The translations under genes were made by a program, and so were the position numbers. The notes under the pieces were generated by a model. That model was not told the origin of the DNA and ran no database searches. It was given only the letters and a program-made list of their open reading frames with translations. DNA of 63,571 nucleotides, counting the filler, from Chiloscyllium plagiosum (lineage: Eukaryota), in assembly GCF_004010195.1 (NCBI RefSeq). It is 4 parts of one record of this genome, joined end to end, with 100 filler letters (N's around TTAATTAATTAA, not from the genome) between each part and the next. Parts side by side here need not be neighbours in the genome. Positions count along the whole stretch, not along the records: positions 44,992 to 59,995 come from NC_057712.1; positions 60,096 to 63,571 come from NC_057712.1; 2 more parts are not named here. One strand, written 5' to 3'. Shown piece after piece: positions 48,616-61,455 of the stretch (within the stretch, counting starts at the first letter, position 1; each line of letters opens with the position of its first letter).

Positions 48616-50139
48616 AATGCATCAGACTGATTTATTAAAGGTTAAACTTACATTTGTATTGCAATTTTAGTTGTCTTGATAACTTCAAATACTTCACATT
48701 TAATTATGCTTGAAGGGCTGACTCTGCTGTGATGGAGGAAATTTGCTCACAGTAACCTCCCACTTACGTCAGTGATTATGCACAATTTTTGTTTCAGTGT
48801 TAATTAACAAACAGCCAGAGGACATTTTCCATGACAGTCTTAACACAGACCCTTTAATGACTTAGATAAAGGAGGTAAACATAATAACTCCAAAGTTTCA
48901 GATGGCACAAAGCTGAATAGGAGGGTGCAGAGATGCTTCAGTGAGATTTGAACAAGCTGACTAAGTGGGTAAATGTATGGCAGATGCAGTATGATGTGGA
49001 TAAATGTAAGGTGATACTTTGGGTAGCAAAAACAGGAAGTCAGATTATTTTCTGAACTACTGTAAAATGAGAGAGAGGAATGTGCAATGACACCTGGGTA
49101 TTCGGATCTTCAGAATAGGCAGATTTGAAGACTGCAATAGGGATGTCTTGTTGCCATGTGCAGGGTTTTGATGAGACCACACCTGGAACATAGTATGCAG
49201 TTTTAATCTCCCTTACCAGAAGGAGGATGTTTTTGCCTTGTAAGGAGTGGAACAATTGTGGTTTTCCAGTTCACTGGGATTTTTGTTTTGGAACGTAGGG
49301 AATTTTGCAAGATTACAACCAATATGTCCACTTTCTCTGCCTGGGTGGCACTGTGACCACAGCCTGAACCTTTAATTACAATGTGCTTTTTGAAAGTGGA
49401 TATACAACCAAAAGATGACATCTGATGTCAATTCAGAGGCTATGTGGCAAAATCCCACATAAGCCTGTGGAGTGTCACATTGTAGAATGTCCAACAAGTT
49501 AAAAAAGAAATGTAAAATGTAAATTGATTATCTTCTCTGCAGACATGTTCATGGTTTACCCTTCCAAAAATATACAAAAAAAGGATTAAAACCAACAGCA
49601 AATGCTGGACTGTGTTAGTGGGCCATGTGCTGGTGAGTTGTGATGATCACAGTTTGAGAATTGCACTGTAGATAAAGACACTTTCACTTTGAGTACTAAA
49701 AGCTCGGCAAATCAGTGCAGTCACTGTTCAGAAAGAAACAGGATAAAAGTCAGTCAGCGAACTGCAAAGTAAAGGATTTTTAAATTAATCACCTCACTGT
49801 GAATATCAGCATTACTGGTAACCTCTAACTTAAAGCAATAATGTTCCATCATTCACTCTTTTTAACATTTTACTCAATTCACACTTCTAATCTTTGTATG
49901 TGTGTCACTATTTTTATACTTTCTTGCATTTATTAGCTAGTAAACATACTCTTTCTTTCACTCAAGAAAACATGATTAGTTTGGCTTTTAAGGCATAAAT
50001 ATATTTAGATTTGGAAATGGTATCCGCAAGAGAAGGGGTCCTTTGTAAAATAATTTTGTTGCAACCAACAAAGAGAGGGGAGCTAGTTCCTTCAAAAACA
50101 TAACCTTTATAGATACTCTGAAATGAACACCAGACCTGC

Positions 50140-51950
50140 ATAAGAACTAGGGGCAGGAGGAGGCCATCTGATACTTTGAGCCCACTCTGCCATTCAATAA
50201 GATTGTGGCTGATATTTTTGTGGCCTCAGCTCCGCTTACCCGCCCTCTCATCATAACCCTTAATTCCCTTATTGTTCAAAAAAATGATCCATCTTCGCTT
50301 TGAAAGCATTTACTGAGGAAGCCTCAACTACTTCACTGGGCAGGAAATTCCATTGCTTCACAACACTGGGTGAAAAAGTTCCTCCTTCATTCAATCCTAA
50401 ATCTGCTTCCCCTAAGTTTGAGGCTATGGTCCCTTATCCTAGTTTCACCTGCCAGTGGAAACATCCTATCTTATCTATCCCCTTTATAATTTTGTGTTCC
50501 TGTAAGATCCCCACCCCCCCATTTGCAGTACTGCAAAGGTTAGAACAAACAGTCTTACCACAAATTCAACCCAAACTCTGGGTCAGATACGTGGATGACA
50601 CCTTTGTAATCATTAAAAACACGGAAATAGAGAAAACACACTGGATCATCAACTCCCTCACAAGAATCCGATTCACGAGAGAGGAAGAAAAGGACAACCA
50701 ACTCACATTCCTAGACGTGAGGGTAGAGAGAACACCAAACGGAGAATTGACCACTAAGGAAAGCNNNNNNNNNNNNNNNNNNNNNNNNNNNNNNNNNNNN
50801 NNNNNNNNNNNNNNNNNNNNNNNNNNNNNNNNNNNNNNNNNNNNNNNNNNNNNNNNNNNNNNNNNNNNNNNNNNNNNNNNNNNNNNNNNNNNNNNNNNNN
50901 NNNNNNNNNNNNNNNNNNNNNNNNNNNNNNNNNNNNTTCTGTTCGCCGAGCTGGAAGTTTTTGTTGTAAACGTTTCGTCCCCTGTCTAGGTGATATCCTC
51001 AGTGCTTGGGAGCCTCCTGTGAAGTGCTTCTGTGGTGTTTCCTCCGGCATTTATAGTGGCCTGTCCTTGCCGCTTCCGGTTGTCAGTTTCAGTTGTCCGC
51101 TGTAGTGGCCGGTATATTGGGTCTAGGTCGATGTGTTTGTTGATGGAGTTTGTTGAGTGGATCATCCACAAACTCCATCGGCAAACACATCGACCTGGAC
51201 CCAATATACCGGCCACTACAGCGGACAGCTGAAACTGACAACCGGAAGCGGCAGGGACAGGCCACTATAAATGCCGGAGGAAACACCACAGAAGCGCTTC
51301 ACAGGAGGCTCCCAAGCACTGAGGATGACAGGGGACGAAACATTTGCAACAAAAACTTCCAGCTCGGCGAACAGAACCACAGCAACGAGCACCCGAGTTA
51401 CAAATCTTCTCACAAACTTTAAATTCCAATAAATATAATCCCAGTCTGCTCAGTGTCTCCTCGTATGCCAACCCTCTCAACTCCAGAATCAACCTAGTGA
51501 ACCTTCTCTGCAATCCCTGTAGTGCCAGTAAAACCTTTCTCAAGTAAGGAGATCAAAACTGCACGCAGTACTCCAGGTATGGCCTCAACAGCACACTATA
51601 CATCTGCAATGTAATCTTCCTGCTTCTAAACTCAATCTCATTAGCAATGAAGGACAAAATTCCATTTGCCGCCTTAATTACCTGTTGCACTTGCAGACCA
51701 ACCTTATGTGATTCCTGTACAAGGACACCCAGGTCCCACTGCATAGCAGTATGCTGCATGTTTTTACCATTCAAGTAATAGTCCTTTTTACTGTTATTCC
51801 CACTAAAATAGATTACTTCACATTTATTAACACTGTACTCCATCTGCCAGACCTTTACCCACTCACTTAAATTATCTATGTCCCTATGCAAAGTTTCACA
51901 GTCCTCTACACACTCCGCTTAATGTCATCTGCAAACTTTGACACACTACA
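50140..51950 (-). mobile_element. CR1 LINE 3' half, interrupted by a Poseidon-type PLE
   Basis: WQMEYSVNKCEV, RPYLEYCVQF and LQRRFTRLI motifs; tail at ~50140. Confidence 0.8.
50521..51420 (+). mobile_element. Penelope-like element (Poseidon-type): RT fragment plus inverted terminal region
   Basis: PKLWVRYVDDTFVII...FTREEEKDNQLTFLDV; 50937-51155 is the reverse complement of ~51165-51380. Confidence 0.85.
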
Positions 51951-52369
51951 CTTTCCCTGCAGCCACTTCTTTAAAGTACTGCTCTCATGTTTTCAGGGGC
52001 CTAATCAGCCTTTAGCTCCATTAGTTTGTCCAGCGTCTTGTGATAGACAATAAGTACTTTTAAGATTTTTTTAGAAAAGAATTATTGAATAAGCTAATCA
52101 TACTCAAAGAGGATAAATCCGTGATTGCAGTCATATATTTTAAAATAATCTCGAGATATTACTTATCATTCAATATTGTATTCTGAAGGAAACTCCTTGA
52201 CCTGAAAAGTTGAATTTTGTTTCTTCCTCTGCAGATGTTGATAGGCCTGTTTAATATTCCCTATATTTTCTAATTTTATTTCAGATTTCCAGTATCCTAA
52301 GTATTTTGCTTTTGTTATATTCAACAATTTGTTGTGGAAATATACAATGCCAGAAAAATAACAGCTAGT

Positions 52370-54700
52370 TATCAGCAAAAAAATCCTACTTAAGGCAAGA
52401 ATAAAAGAACATCTAGAAATGAAAATATACTAATGAGTAATCAGCATAAAATGTATAAGGGAAAGTGTTGTTAAACCCATCATATTGAAATTGAATTTAA
52501 GTAGTGAAATCTTTGAAGACATAGCAAAGGAAGTAAATGGGTCATGGGAGGTAAGTAGATGTATTTTATCTTGATTTTCAAAAAGCCTTTGATTATGTGC
52601 CCCATAATACACTATTAAATAAGGTCAGAAAATATGGAGTCAGGAGGAAGTTGCAGAGTTAATCACTAACTGGTTTCAAGGTAGGAAGTAGTGAGTTAGA
52701 ACAAAGGGTAATTATTCAGTGTGGTGGAAGATGGGGAGTGGTGTTATACAAAGGTTGGGGCCATTAATGATTTGGATTTTGGAATTAGAAGCACAGTTTA
52801 TAAATTGGTGTGTGACACTGCATTGTGGACAGAACAGTTGGTATTTAGAAGAAAATAACAATCAATGACAGGATGGAATGAACTTACAGAATGGGCAAAT
52901 ATTGCCAAATGTAGTTCCATACATAAATATGAGGTAGTATAATTTGGTACAAAGAATAGACAGAAAATGTATGAATTGAAATATCTATTTGGGGTGGAGG
53001 AACAAAGGGATCTTGGACTACAAAAATACCAGGCACTAAATGATGAACCACAGATTAAAAAGCTAATAAAAGTACCAGACTTTATTTCTAGAGTCACACG
53101 GTGGAATCTTATAGGTGTCTGAACAATGGGGACTATGGTGATATTTCTGACAAAATTTTGTGAGAAGTTTAATGATGCCTACCTTGATTCAAGGGCATCA
53201 CATGCCATTGTTTAAGCTTTTGGCAAGTAGCAATGTGGGTTTCTAACTAGACACTGGCAAATTGCCAATTAAGGGGGAATGTTGCTTGTTGAATACCTTA
53301 TTAATGACTTAATGTGCTTCATTAATGTTCAACATCCTATCTTACCAAATGAGCCAAGCAAGGTAAACATTGAGAAAACTTGACATAGAAATCGGAATGG
53401 GGTACCTGCAGTGCCAGGAGAAATTACAAAAATGTAGGTGAGAATGGTAGAATATGACCCTTGATGAGAAGTGAGCACAGTCCCAGAAGTAGCGCAAATC
53501 TGAGATATCAGAGAGACGATGGCAGTACCTACGCTGGCAGACTGGGGAAGATCATTGACCTTCTCCTACAATGTTGGACATTCCTCCAAATGGCAAGGAC
53601 TACACTTCCCTGGATAGTAACTTCAGTCCAGGCTGGCACAAGTTGTTCTGGAACGGCAGAAGATTTGGCTGGAATCAGAGAGGAACACTATTGAGTTGGG
53701 GTAATAAAGCAAGTTCAGTAAGAAATGGTGAGAAAAGTTGAGTTTTTATGGCAGAAAACCCACCCAAAACCTTGATACAACGTACAATATGCCAAAAAAA
53801 TGACTCAATCCCAGAAATAAAAAGAAGGGAATTTATGTCAAACATATATTGCACCTTGTTTAAACTACACTGGGAGTATTGTGTACAGTTCTATTTACTA
53901 TGTTACACTAAGAATATAGAAGCACTGGAGAGGGTGTTGAGAATGACATAGTGGCTCAATGGTTTGCACTGCTGCCTCATAGTGCCAGGGTCCCAGGTTT
54001 GATTCTAGCCTTGGGCAACTGTGTGTGGAGTTTGCATATTTTCTCTGTGTCTGCATGGGTTTCCTCTCACAGTCCAAAGATCTGCAGGTTAGGTGAATTA
54101 GCCAAGCTCATTTGTCCGTAGTGCTCAGGGATATGTAGGTTAAGTGCATTAGTCAGGGGAAATGTAGAGTAATAGGGTAGGGGAATGGGTCTGGGTGTAC
54201 TGTACAGAGGGTTGGTATGGACCTGTTGGGCCAAATGGCCTGTTTCCACACTGTTGGGATTCTCTGAACAGTTTCAAGGATGATACCAGCCAGTGCAAAT
54301 CAGGAAAATGTGAATATACTTTTCATTCCCTTTATTCTTGAAAAACAAAAATGTGAGGCCTGAGGGGTGAAAAGGTATGGAAAAGCTTTGTTATAGTTGA
54401 AATAGAGAGAAAGTAAAGCAGAGCTACATGCCATCAATGTAAGATAGTAATCAAGAAATCCAATAGAAAATTCAGAACAAATGCCTTTACCTAAAGAGTG
54501 GTAGAATGTGAACTCACCATCACAGGAGCGCTTAAAGTGAACAATGTAAATACATTGAAGGTGAAGCTAGGCAAGCATATGCAGGATACAGGAATAGAGG
54601 GTAACAATGACAAATTTAGATACAAGATGGCTGGAGTGGCATATCAACACTGCTGGGTACTTATTGCGATAATTAACCTGTTTCTGTGCTATAAATCCAA
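52370..54700 (+). mobile_element. Old fragmented CR1 LINE with nested insertions, including an HE1 SINE (~53945-54265, +)
   Basis: LDFQKAFD at ~52570 and LHWEYCVQF at ~53870; HE1 head, core and tail present. Confidence 0.65.
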
Positions 54701-56329
54701 ATTAATCCTATGTAAGGCTTCTGGTTAGCTTTCAGAGTTAACCATATTGTACATCCAGTCTCGTATAGATCCAGAGTCTTGTATAGATCAGACCACAGAA
54801 AGCAGAGTTGCCTCTCCAAAGAACTTGATTAATCTGATGGACTTTTATGACAATTTGGTAATTTCATGGTTGAGGATGCTTACAGATTTAGTTAACTGGA
54901 TTCAAATTCCCCAATTGTCTTCTTGAAATTTGATTTCATGCCACATGAAATATTAGTCTAAGTCTCTGGATTACCCGTCTAGTAAGATACTGTTTTAATA
55001 CCTAATTGACATTATTGGAGAGAGATTTTTCTGAATATCAACTATGCAGACGACATGCTGTTCAATAGAATGCTGAGTGTGGAGATCACTAAGGGCTAGG
55101 CTTTCTTGGATGGTGTAATAGCAATAACATTTAAAGCTCCACACCACTCAGATGGACACTGGTGTGTCACTGTGCTCTATATAGAGTATTTTTGCCACAG
55201 ACAACGAAATGTACCACAACAAAAAAACCAACAGCACTAGTCACTCAATTATGATTTTCACCAACCAAAAGAAGAATACTCATATAATGTCAACATTTTC
55301 ACATTCAAAGTTTATCTTCCAAGCATGCTCAGTGAAGCATATAGCATGTTGTTCCTTCATGATACGTGGGTTCACCTTCTCCAGACAACTAGAAATGAAC
55401 AGTAAGTATGACTTTGTCTGACTTTCACAACCTTACAGAAAATTTTAAAATGCACATAATTTAAAAGGGTAAAATTATGTTTGAAATAGTTTAATCCAAC
55501 TGGGAATATCAATGTTCAAAACATTCTGCTTATTGGAACTGAAATTGAAAACATATTTTCAATTTTTGAATTTATCTCAGTAGAAAAAAATAAATAGAAT
55601 GTCATTGTTGGAAACAAAGGTAACAGTAAAGCCAAGTAAAAGTTAAATTTGCCAGATCAGACTAATAAAAATATGCTCTCCTGAACATGAACCATAAAAG
55701 GCTTTGGCCCCACTGATTTATATCAAATTAGGCACTTTTAATAGGGGGTTAAAAGACAGTTATTAGCGCTATAAATGAATGAAAACAAAACTCAATCACT
55801 CTGTTTACATTAACAACGTTTGCAGATGTCGTTTTAGGTTTTAATTTACTTTATGAATACGTCAATTCTGCTTTGCATTATTAATACCCTTAAAGTTTGA
55901 ACACAAAATGTTTGCTCCTTTCATCAAGAAATTGCTTCTGACAGGGTTTGTAAGCTTCTTCTAGATGAACTACTGAAAGGATGGATAGTTCCTTAAAAGC
56001 ATTGGCAATTAGTCAAACATAATTTATCATTTTACTTAAACAGGTTAGATAATGAAAAATGGTTGACTTACTATATAAGTAAAATATGATTTCTTTGTAC
56101 CGTCAGAAATTATAAAGTAGGTGCAATGTTGCCTATTTCTGCTGTTGGTAGGAAATCCTTCTATCCTTTTCATGTAACTGAACAAAAACAGAATCAATTA
56201 CTGATAAAACCTTCATTAGCTTTATCAGTGGTATTAAATTCTGATTCAATGGATAGAATTTTGCAAACCAGATGTAGTCAGACTTCAAAATCATGATGCA
56301 TGCTAAAGTTCTGGAAATTGACTGGAGGT

Positions 56330-58370
56330 ATGACCATAAGAAATCAGAGCAGAATTGGAATTTTCAGCCCCTCAAACCTGTTTGAGTCAATAAGATCATC
56401 TGTTTGCATTTCAAATTCCTTATTCCCAACTACATTCCTGGTAACCTTTGATTCCTTTGTTTAACAAGAATCTGCCTCTGTCTTTAAACAATTCAAAGAC
56501 CCTCCTGCATTGCCTTCTGAGATAGAGTTCTAAAGTCACACAGTTGTCTGAATGAAACAATACCTCCTCAACTCTGTCCTAAAAGGTGAGTCCTAACTAT
56601 AAGACAGTGATCCGCCCCACCCCAATCCACCCCTAGTTCTGGACTTATCCAAAAGAAAAAACATCATTTCCATATCAAGCTTGTTAAGATCATTCAGAAT
56701 TTTATACATTTTAATCAAGCCATTCTTCCAAACTCCAGTGGAAACAAATCCAGGTGGCCAATCTCATAAACCTTCACTGGAATGCCTGCAAGATGTTTAA
56801 ATATTTCCTTAAATAAGAGACCAAAACTGCACATAGTATTCAATATGTGATCTCAAAAATGCCTTGTATAACTGAAGCATAACATCCTTAATTTTATAGG
56901 GAAACTCAACAGGTCTGCCAGCGTCTGTGGAGAGAAAGCAGAGTTAACCTTTTGGGTCCAGTGACCATTCTTCAGAAGGTTCTTCAGTTCTAAAGAGGGG
57001 TCGCTGGACCTAAAACATTAACTTTGCTTTGTCTTCACAAATGCTGCCAAACCTGCTGAGTTTTCCCAGCAATTTATGCTTTTTGCTTTTGAATTCCAGC
57101 ACCTGAGGTTTTTGAGTTTTTTCTTATCCTTAATTTTATATTTAATTCCTCTCATAACACTTCATGATTATACGTTGCAGCTGCTACTAGCTTTTAGTGA
57201 CTCATGTTATGGAACACCTGAATCTCTCTCTACTCCTTGGATTTCTGTAGTCATTCTCCATTTACAGACCCCTGAAGGAAAATACATACCACATTCTGTG
57301 AATCAAACAAAGACCCATTTATATATACACTCTGTTTTCTGTCAGCCAGCCAATCTTCTATCTACATAAATACACTCTACTCATTCCATTAGCTTTATTT
57401 TCCACAGCAACCTTTAATATGGTATCTTATCAAATATCTTCTATAAATTCAAGTAAGGTACATCTGCTTGCTCCCCTTTATCAATAGCATGTGTTACTCT
57501 TTCAAAGAAGTCTAATAAATTGGTTAAACATTTATTCCCCTTCACAGAAACTTGCTGACACTTCCCTTAAGTCCTTCTCTTGAGTTTTTTTTAAGTACAT
57601 AGCTATAAGATTTTTAATAATCAGTTCTAACACTGTCTCCATAACAGTCAGCAAGCTAATTGGCCAATCGTTATAAGTTTTCGGTCTCCTTCCCTTCATG
57701 AATAGAGGTGTTATATTTATTGCTTTCTATTCTGATGAAATCTTTCCATAATCTAATGAAGTTTGGCAAGTTAACACCAATGCATTTGCTACATCATTAG
57801 CCATTTCTATTAAGACCGCAGGATTAGGTTCTTCTAGGCATGAAGACATACAAGTCTGCAAATCAAATAGTGTTTTCTCATGATTGTAGTTTCATTAAGA
57901 TCCATTTCCCCTTCTACATACTAATATACTTGCCTTACTGGAATGCTTTTTTAAAATCCTGAATAGTGAAGATAGAAGCAGAATATTTGTTCATTTCATT
58001 TGTCAGTTCCTTAATAGTTACCATCAACTCTCCATTCTCATTCTAAAGGACCAACACTCACTTTGCTTATTCATTACCCTTTTAAGGAGCTGTAGAAACT
58101 CTATTTATTGATCTTTATACTTGCAGCTAACTTCCTCTCAAACTCTAACTTCTCGTTCCTTATTAAAGTTTTAATCATTCTCTGTCATTCCTTATATTTT
58201 GACCAGTCAAATAACCTGTCACTCACTTTTATATAGTTATTTGCTTATTTCTTAAGATCCATGCTTCCTCCAACATCTTTAGTTAATTACATATGTTGGG
58301 TATTCCTTTAAGAATTTCTTTTTTAATAGTAGGAGTATACTTGTTTTGCGAATTTGAAATATCCTTATAT
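56330..58370 (-). mobile_element. Old CR1 LINE containing a fold-back PLE end (56899-57125, 15-bp TSD)
   Basis: CR1 tail ccataagaaatcagagcag at ~56334; atccttaattttata at 56884-56898 and 57126-57140; inverted arms around ttcttcag. Confidence 0.7.
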
Positions 58371-58850
58371 CCTATGTTGTGTGATAAGAACCTTTAAGGA
58401 TCTGAAGGAAAAGCAATGAGGGTGATTAAAAACATTTTTAACCCTGAATTCTTCTTTCTCGGCAATGCGTAGGTTTCATATTGTGTTGGCGCCTCACCAG
58501 CATCACTGAGGTAAGGGCCCGGGGGAGGAGCTCCCATGTGAAACTGTCAATCTGTGAAAGGTTTGATTACACTGGTCGATGCTCAACAGCCATTTATATC
58601 CATCAAGCACCTGCTATTCAAAGTACTTTCCCTCGGAGAGTGTTTTTACTGCTTGGCAGGTGATTGCCAATTTCATGGAAGACAATTCATTTTTTCAGCA
58701 CATCACTGACCTTCAACATTATGTCCCTGCTGCCAGCTGTCACCATGACATCGGAACAGCTTATGTAGCTCGACCTTCCATCTCAGCTGAGGTATCAAAA
58801 CAAAGGCCACAGGCAATAGCTCCATCAGCAGCAAGCACGTTAGGGAAGGT

Positions 58851-59160
58851 GTTGGTCTAGTTGTATTGTCACTTGACTATTAATCTGGAGACCTTGGTTC
58901 AAATCCAACCAGAGCAGATGGTGATGTTTGAATTCAATAAAAGTCTGGAATTAAGAGCCTAATGATGACCATGATTGTTGGAAAAAATCCATCTGGTTCA
59001 CTAACATCCTTTAAGGAAGGAAACTGCCATCCTTACCTGGTCTGGCCTATGTATGATCGCAGATCCACAGCAATGTGGCTGACCCTTAATTGCCCCCTGA
59101 CACTTAGGGATACGCAATAAATTGTGGCCTAGCCAGAGACACTCTTATCCCATGAATATT
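58851..59160 (+). mobile_element. tRNA-derived SINE family B, near full length
   Basis: B box ggttcaaatcc; tail ttagggatacgcaataaattgtggcctagcc resembles the LINE tail at 27600-27660. Confidence 0.75.
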
Positions 59161-59851
59161 TTTTTAAAAAATAGCAGCTCAAACACCATCTCCACATGCA
59201 GTTACACCACAAGACACAAGTGATAGACACTGAGATCCAGCTGGAATAAAGGAAAGGACAGCAACATAGTTTACAGGCAAAGGATCAGCTTCCGTAATAT
59301 GTCTAAGCACCATAGGAGGCTTGGACTCTCATGACAGATTTCTGCAGTTTCCTGGGACAAGATCTCATTCCTTGTGGAGCATGTGGGCACATATTGTCTT
59401 CTGCCAATAAGCTGCTTGTCTCAGGAGTTCAGCCACCTCCATCTTACTTTGAAGGAGAGATTGTCCTCTTCCTCCTTACCTTGGGAGGACTCACCTCATT
59501 ACAAAACTGCAGATCCCACACAGTACCTCCAGATGAGAGAAGTAGGCTTCCTAAGTCTCCCTTCCATTGCCATGGTTACTGAATCATATGTCCAAATGTT
59601 AATGAACAGTTCTGAAAGATGCCTTGGTACCTTTAATTAGAAATCTTTACTTTGACAGAAAGGTCACCTCATCTTGTACATTCCATCCTCATTGGTAATT
59701 GAGATCCTGGTAGTGAGATGTTAGTCCCATTATCCTGGGACCACCTATTATAAGATTAGGTTGTCAACCCATAAATGGCCCTGTCATTCTGGAAAAGACT
59801 AAGTGCACAGGATTCTATTCAATGTGTTTTTGGTCAGCATAACTTCTGACT

Positions 59852-59995
59852 GGAGAAAGTGAGGTCTGCAGATGCTGGAGATCAGAGCTGAAAATGTGTC
59901 GCTGGAAAAGCGCAGCAGGTCAGGCAGCATCCAGGGAACAGGAGAATCGACGTTTCGGGCATAAGCCCTTCTTCAGGAATGAGGAAAGTGTGTCC
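59852..59995 (-). mobile_element. PLE family 1 end, truncated by a gap
   Basis: Minus strand reads ctgaagaagggcttatgcccgaaacgtcg. Confidence 0.8.
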
Positions 59996-60095
59996 NNNNN
60001 NNNNNNNNNNNNNNNNNNNNNNNNNNNNNNNNNNNNNNNTTAATTAATTAANNNNNNNNNNNNNNNNNNNNNNNNNNNNNNNNNNNNNNNNNNNN

Positions 60096-60417
60096 CAGAA
60101 AATGGGGGAGATACTAAATGAGTATTTTGCATCAGTATTTACTGTGGAAAAGGATATGGAAGATATAGACTGTAGGGAAATAGATGGTGACATCTTGCAA
60201 AATGCCCAGATTACAGAGGAGGAAGTGCTAGATGTCTTGAAACGGTTAAAGGTGGATACATCCCTAGGATCAGGTGTACCCGAGAACTCTGTGGGAAGCT
60301 AGAGAAGTGATTGCTGGGCCTCTTGCTGAGATATTTGTATCATCAACAGTCACAGTTGAGGTGCCAGAAGACTGGAGGTTGGCAAACGTGGTGCCACTGT
60401 TTAAGAAGAGCAGTAAA
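60096..60417 (+). mobile_element. CR1 ORF2 fragment, interrupted by the L1
   Basis: MGEILNEYFASVFT and VPEDWRLANVVPLFKK motifs; ends abruptly at 60417. Confidence 0.85.
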
Positions 60418-60588
60418 GGGGGATCCAAGATGGCGGCGACCCAGCAAGTCTGAGTCTATAGTGCTCCTCCCAAGACTTGGGTAAAGTGGGTCACCCACCC
60501 CCACCACACTCACCAAATCATTCATAATAGCTGTTTAATTTAATTAATTGCTTAGTATTACACTTAAACAATCTAATATTTAGTAAAA

Positions 60589-61455
60589 ATGACCAAAGGG
60601 AAGGGAGCCCGCAGCTCTGAGCAGGCAGGAACCCCTCCACCACCCTCTCCAACTGCAGCTGAGGCGTCCACAGCCGCCCCGGGGGACTTACCTACAGTGA
60701 CAAGCCTTGTGGAAATGATCTCCAAACTGGATGCGAAGATCGACGCTTTTATCGAAGAATCCCGAAATCGATGGGACTCACTCTCGGCCGCGCTGCAGAA
60801 GCACGACCGAGACATCCAGGAAATCGAGCGCCGAGTTGGAGGGGCGGAGTTAAAGGCCGCGACCTCCGAAACTACAGCGCAATCGGCCGTGGATCAGGTC
60901 CGGACTCTCGAACAGCGAGTCCGGACCTTAGAGAATTATATTGATGACCTCGAAAATCGAGGTCGTTGAAAAAATATTCGTTTGCTGGGCCTTCCCGAAT
61001 GGGAAGAGGAAGGCCAACTTACAGCATTCCTCGAGCAGTGGCTGTCACAGCTTTTAAATCTGGAAGCTGGATCAGACCAGGTAAGGGTGGAATGGGCCTA
61101 CCCGGTCGCAATACGCGGGCCCGGCTCAAACCAGCGCCCACGCCCAGTCATGTTCCGGCTGCAGAGCTATAGGGAGAGGCAGATACTCCTAGAAGCTTCT
61201 AAAAATCTTGGAAAAGACCCCCAAGCTATGATCTATAAAGGATCCAAGATCATGTTATTTCATGTTATTCATGACTTTTCCCCAGCTCTGGTCCGAAAGA
61301 GGAAGGCATTCGATGAGGCGAAGAAGCGTTTAAGGGACTTAAATATTCAGTACTCCTTACGCTACCTAGCGATGCTACGCTTTAACCATGAAGGATCCGT
61401 GTATAACTTCGGATCGCCAGAAAAGGCTAAGGAATTCTTGGACTCTCTTAGATAA
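60589..61455 (+). pseudogene. L1 ORF1p (coiled coil, RRM, CTD) with one in-frame premature stop
   Basis: DDLENRGR*KNIRLLGLPE (TGA at 60967-60969, plausibly from CGA); PRPVMFRL and DFSPALVRKRKAF motifs. Confidence 0.9.

Noticed and set aside
53300..53700. Possible Harbinger Myb-like remnants here and at ~59180-59830
   Set aside because: Similarity too faint to support by eye without an HMM search.
55324..55401. Candidate exon with AG acceptor and GTAAGT donor (MLSEAYSMLFLHDTWVHLLQTTRNE)
   Set aside because: No GSV motif and no recognisable similarity to ADGRF or MED23; chance splice-like sites are common.
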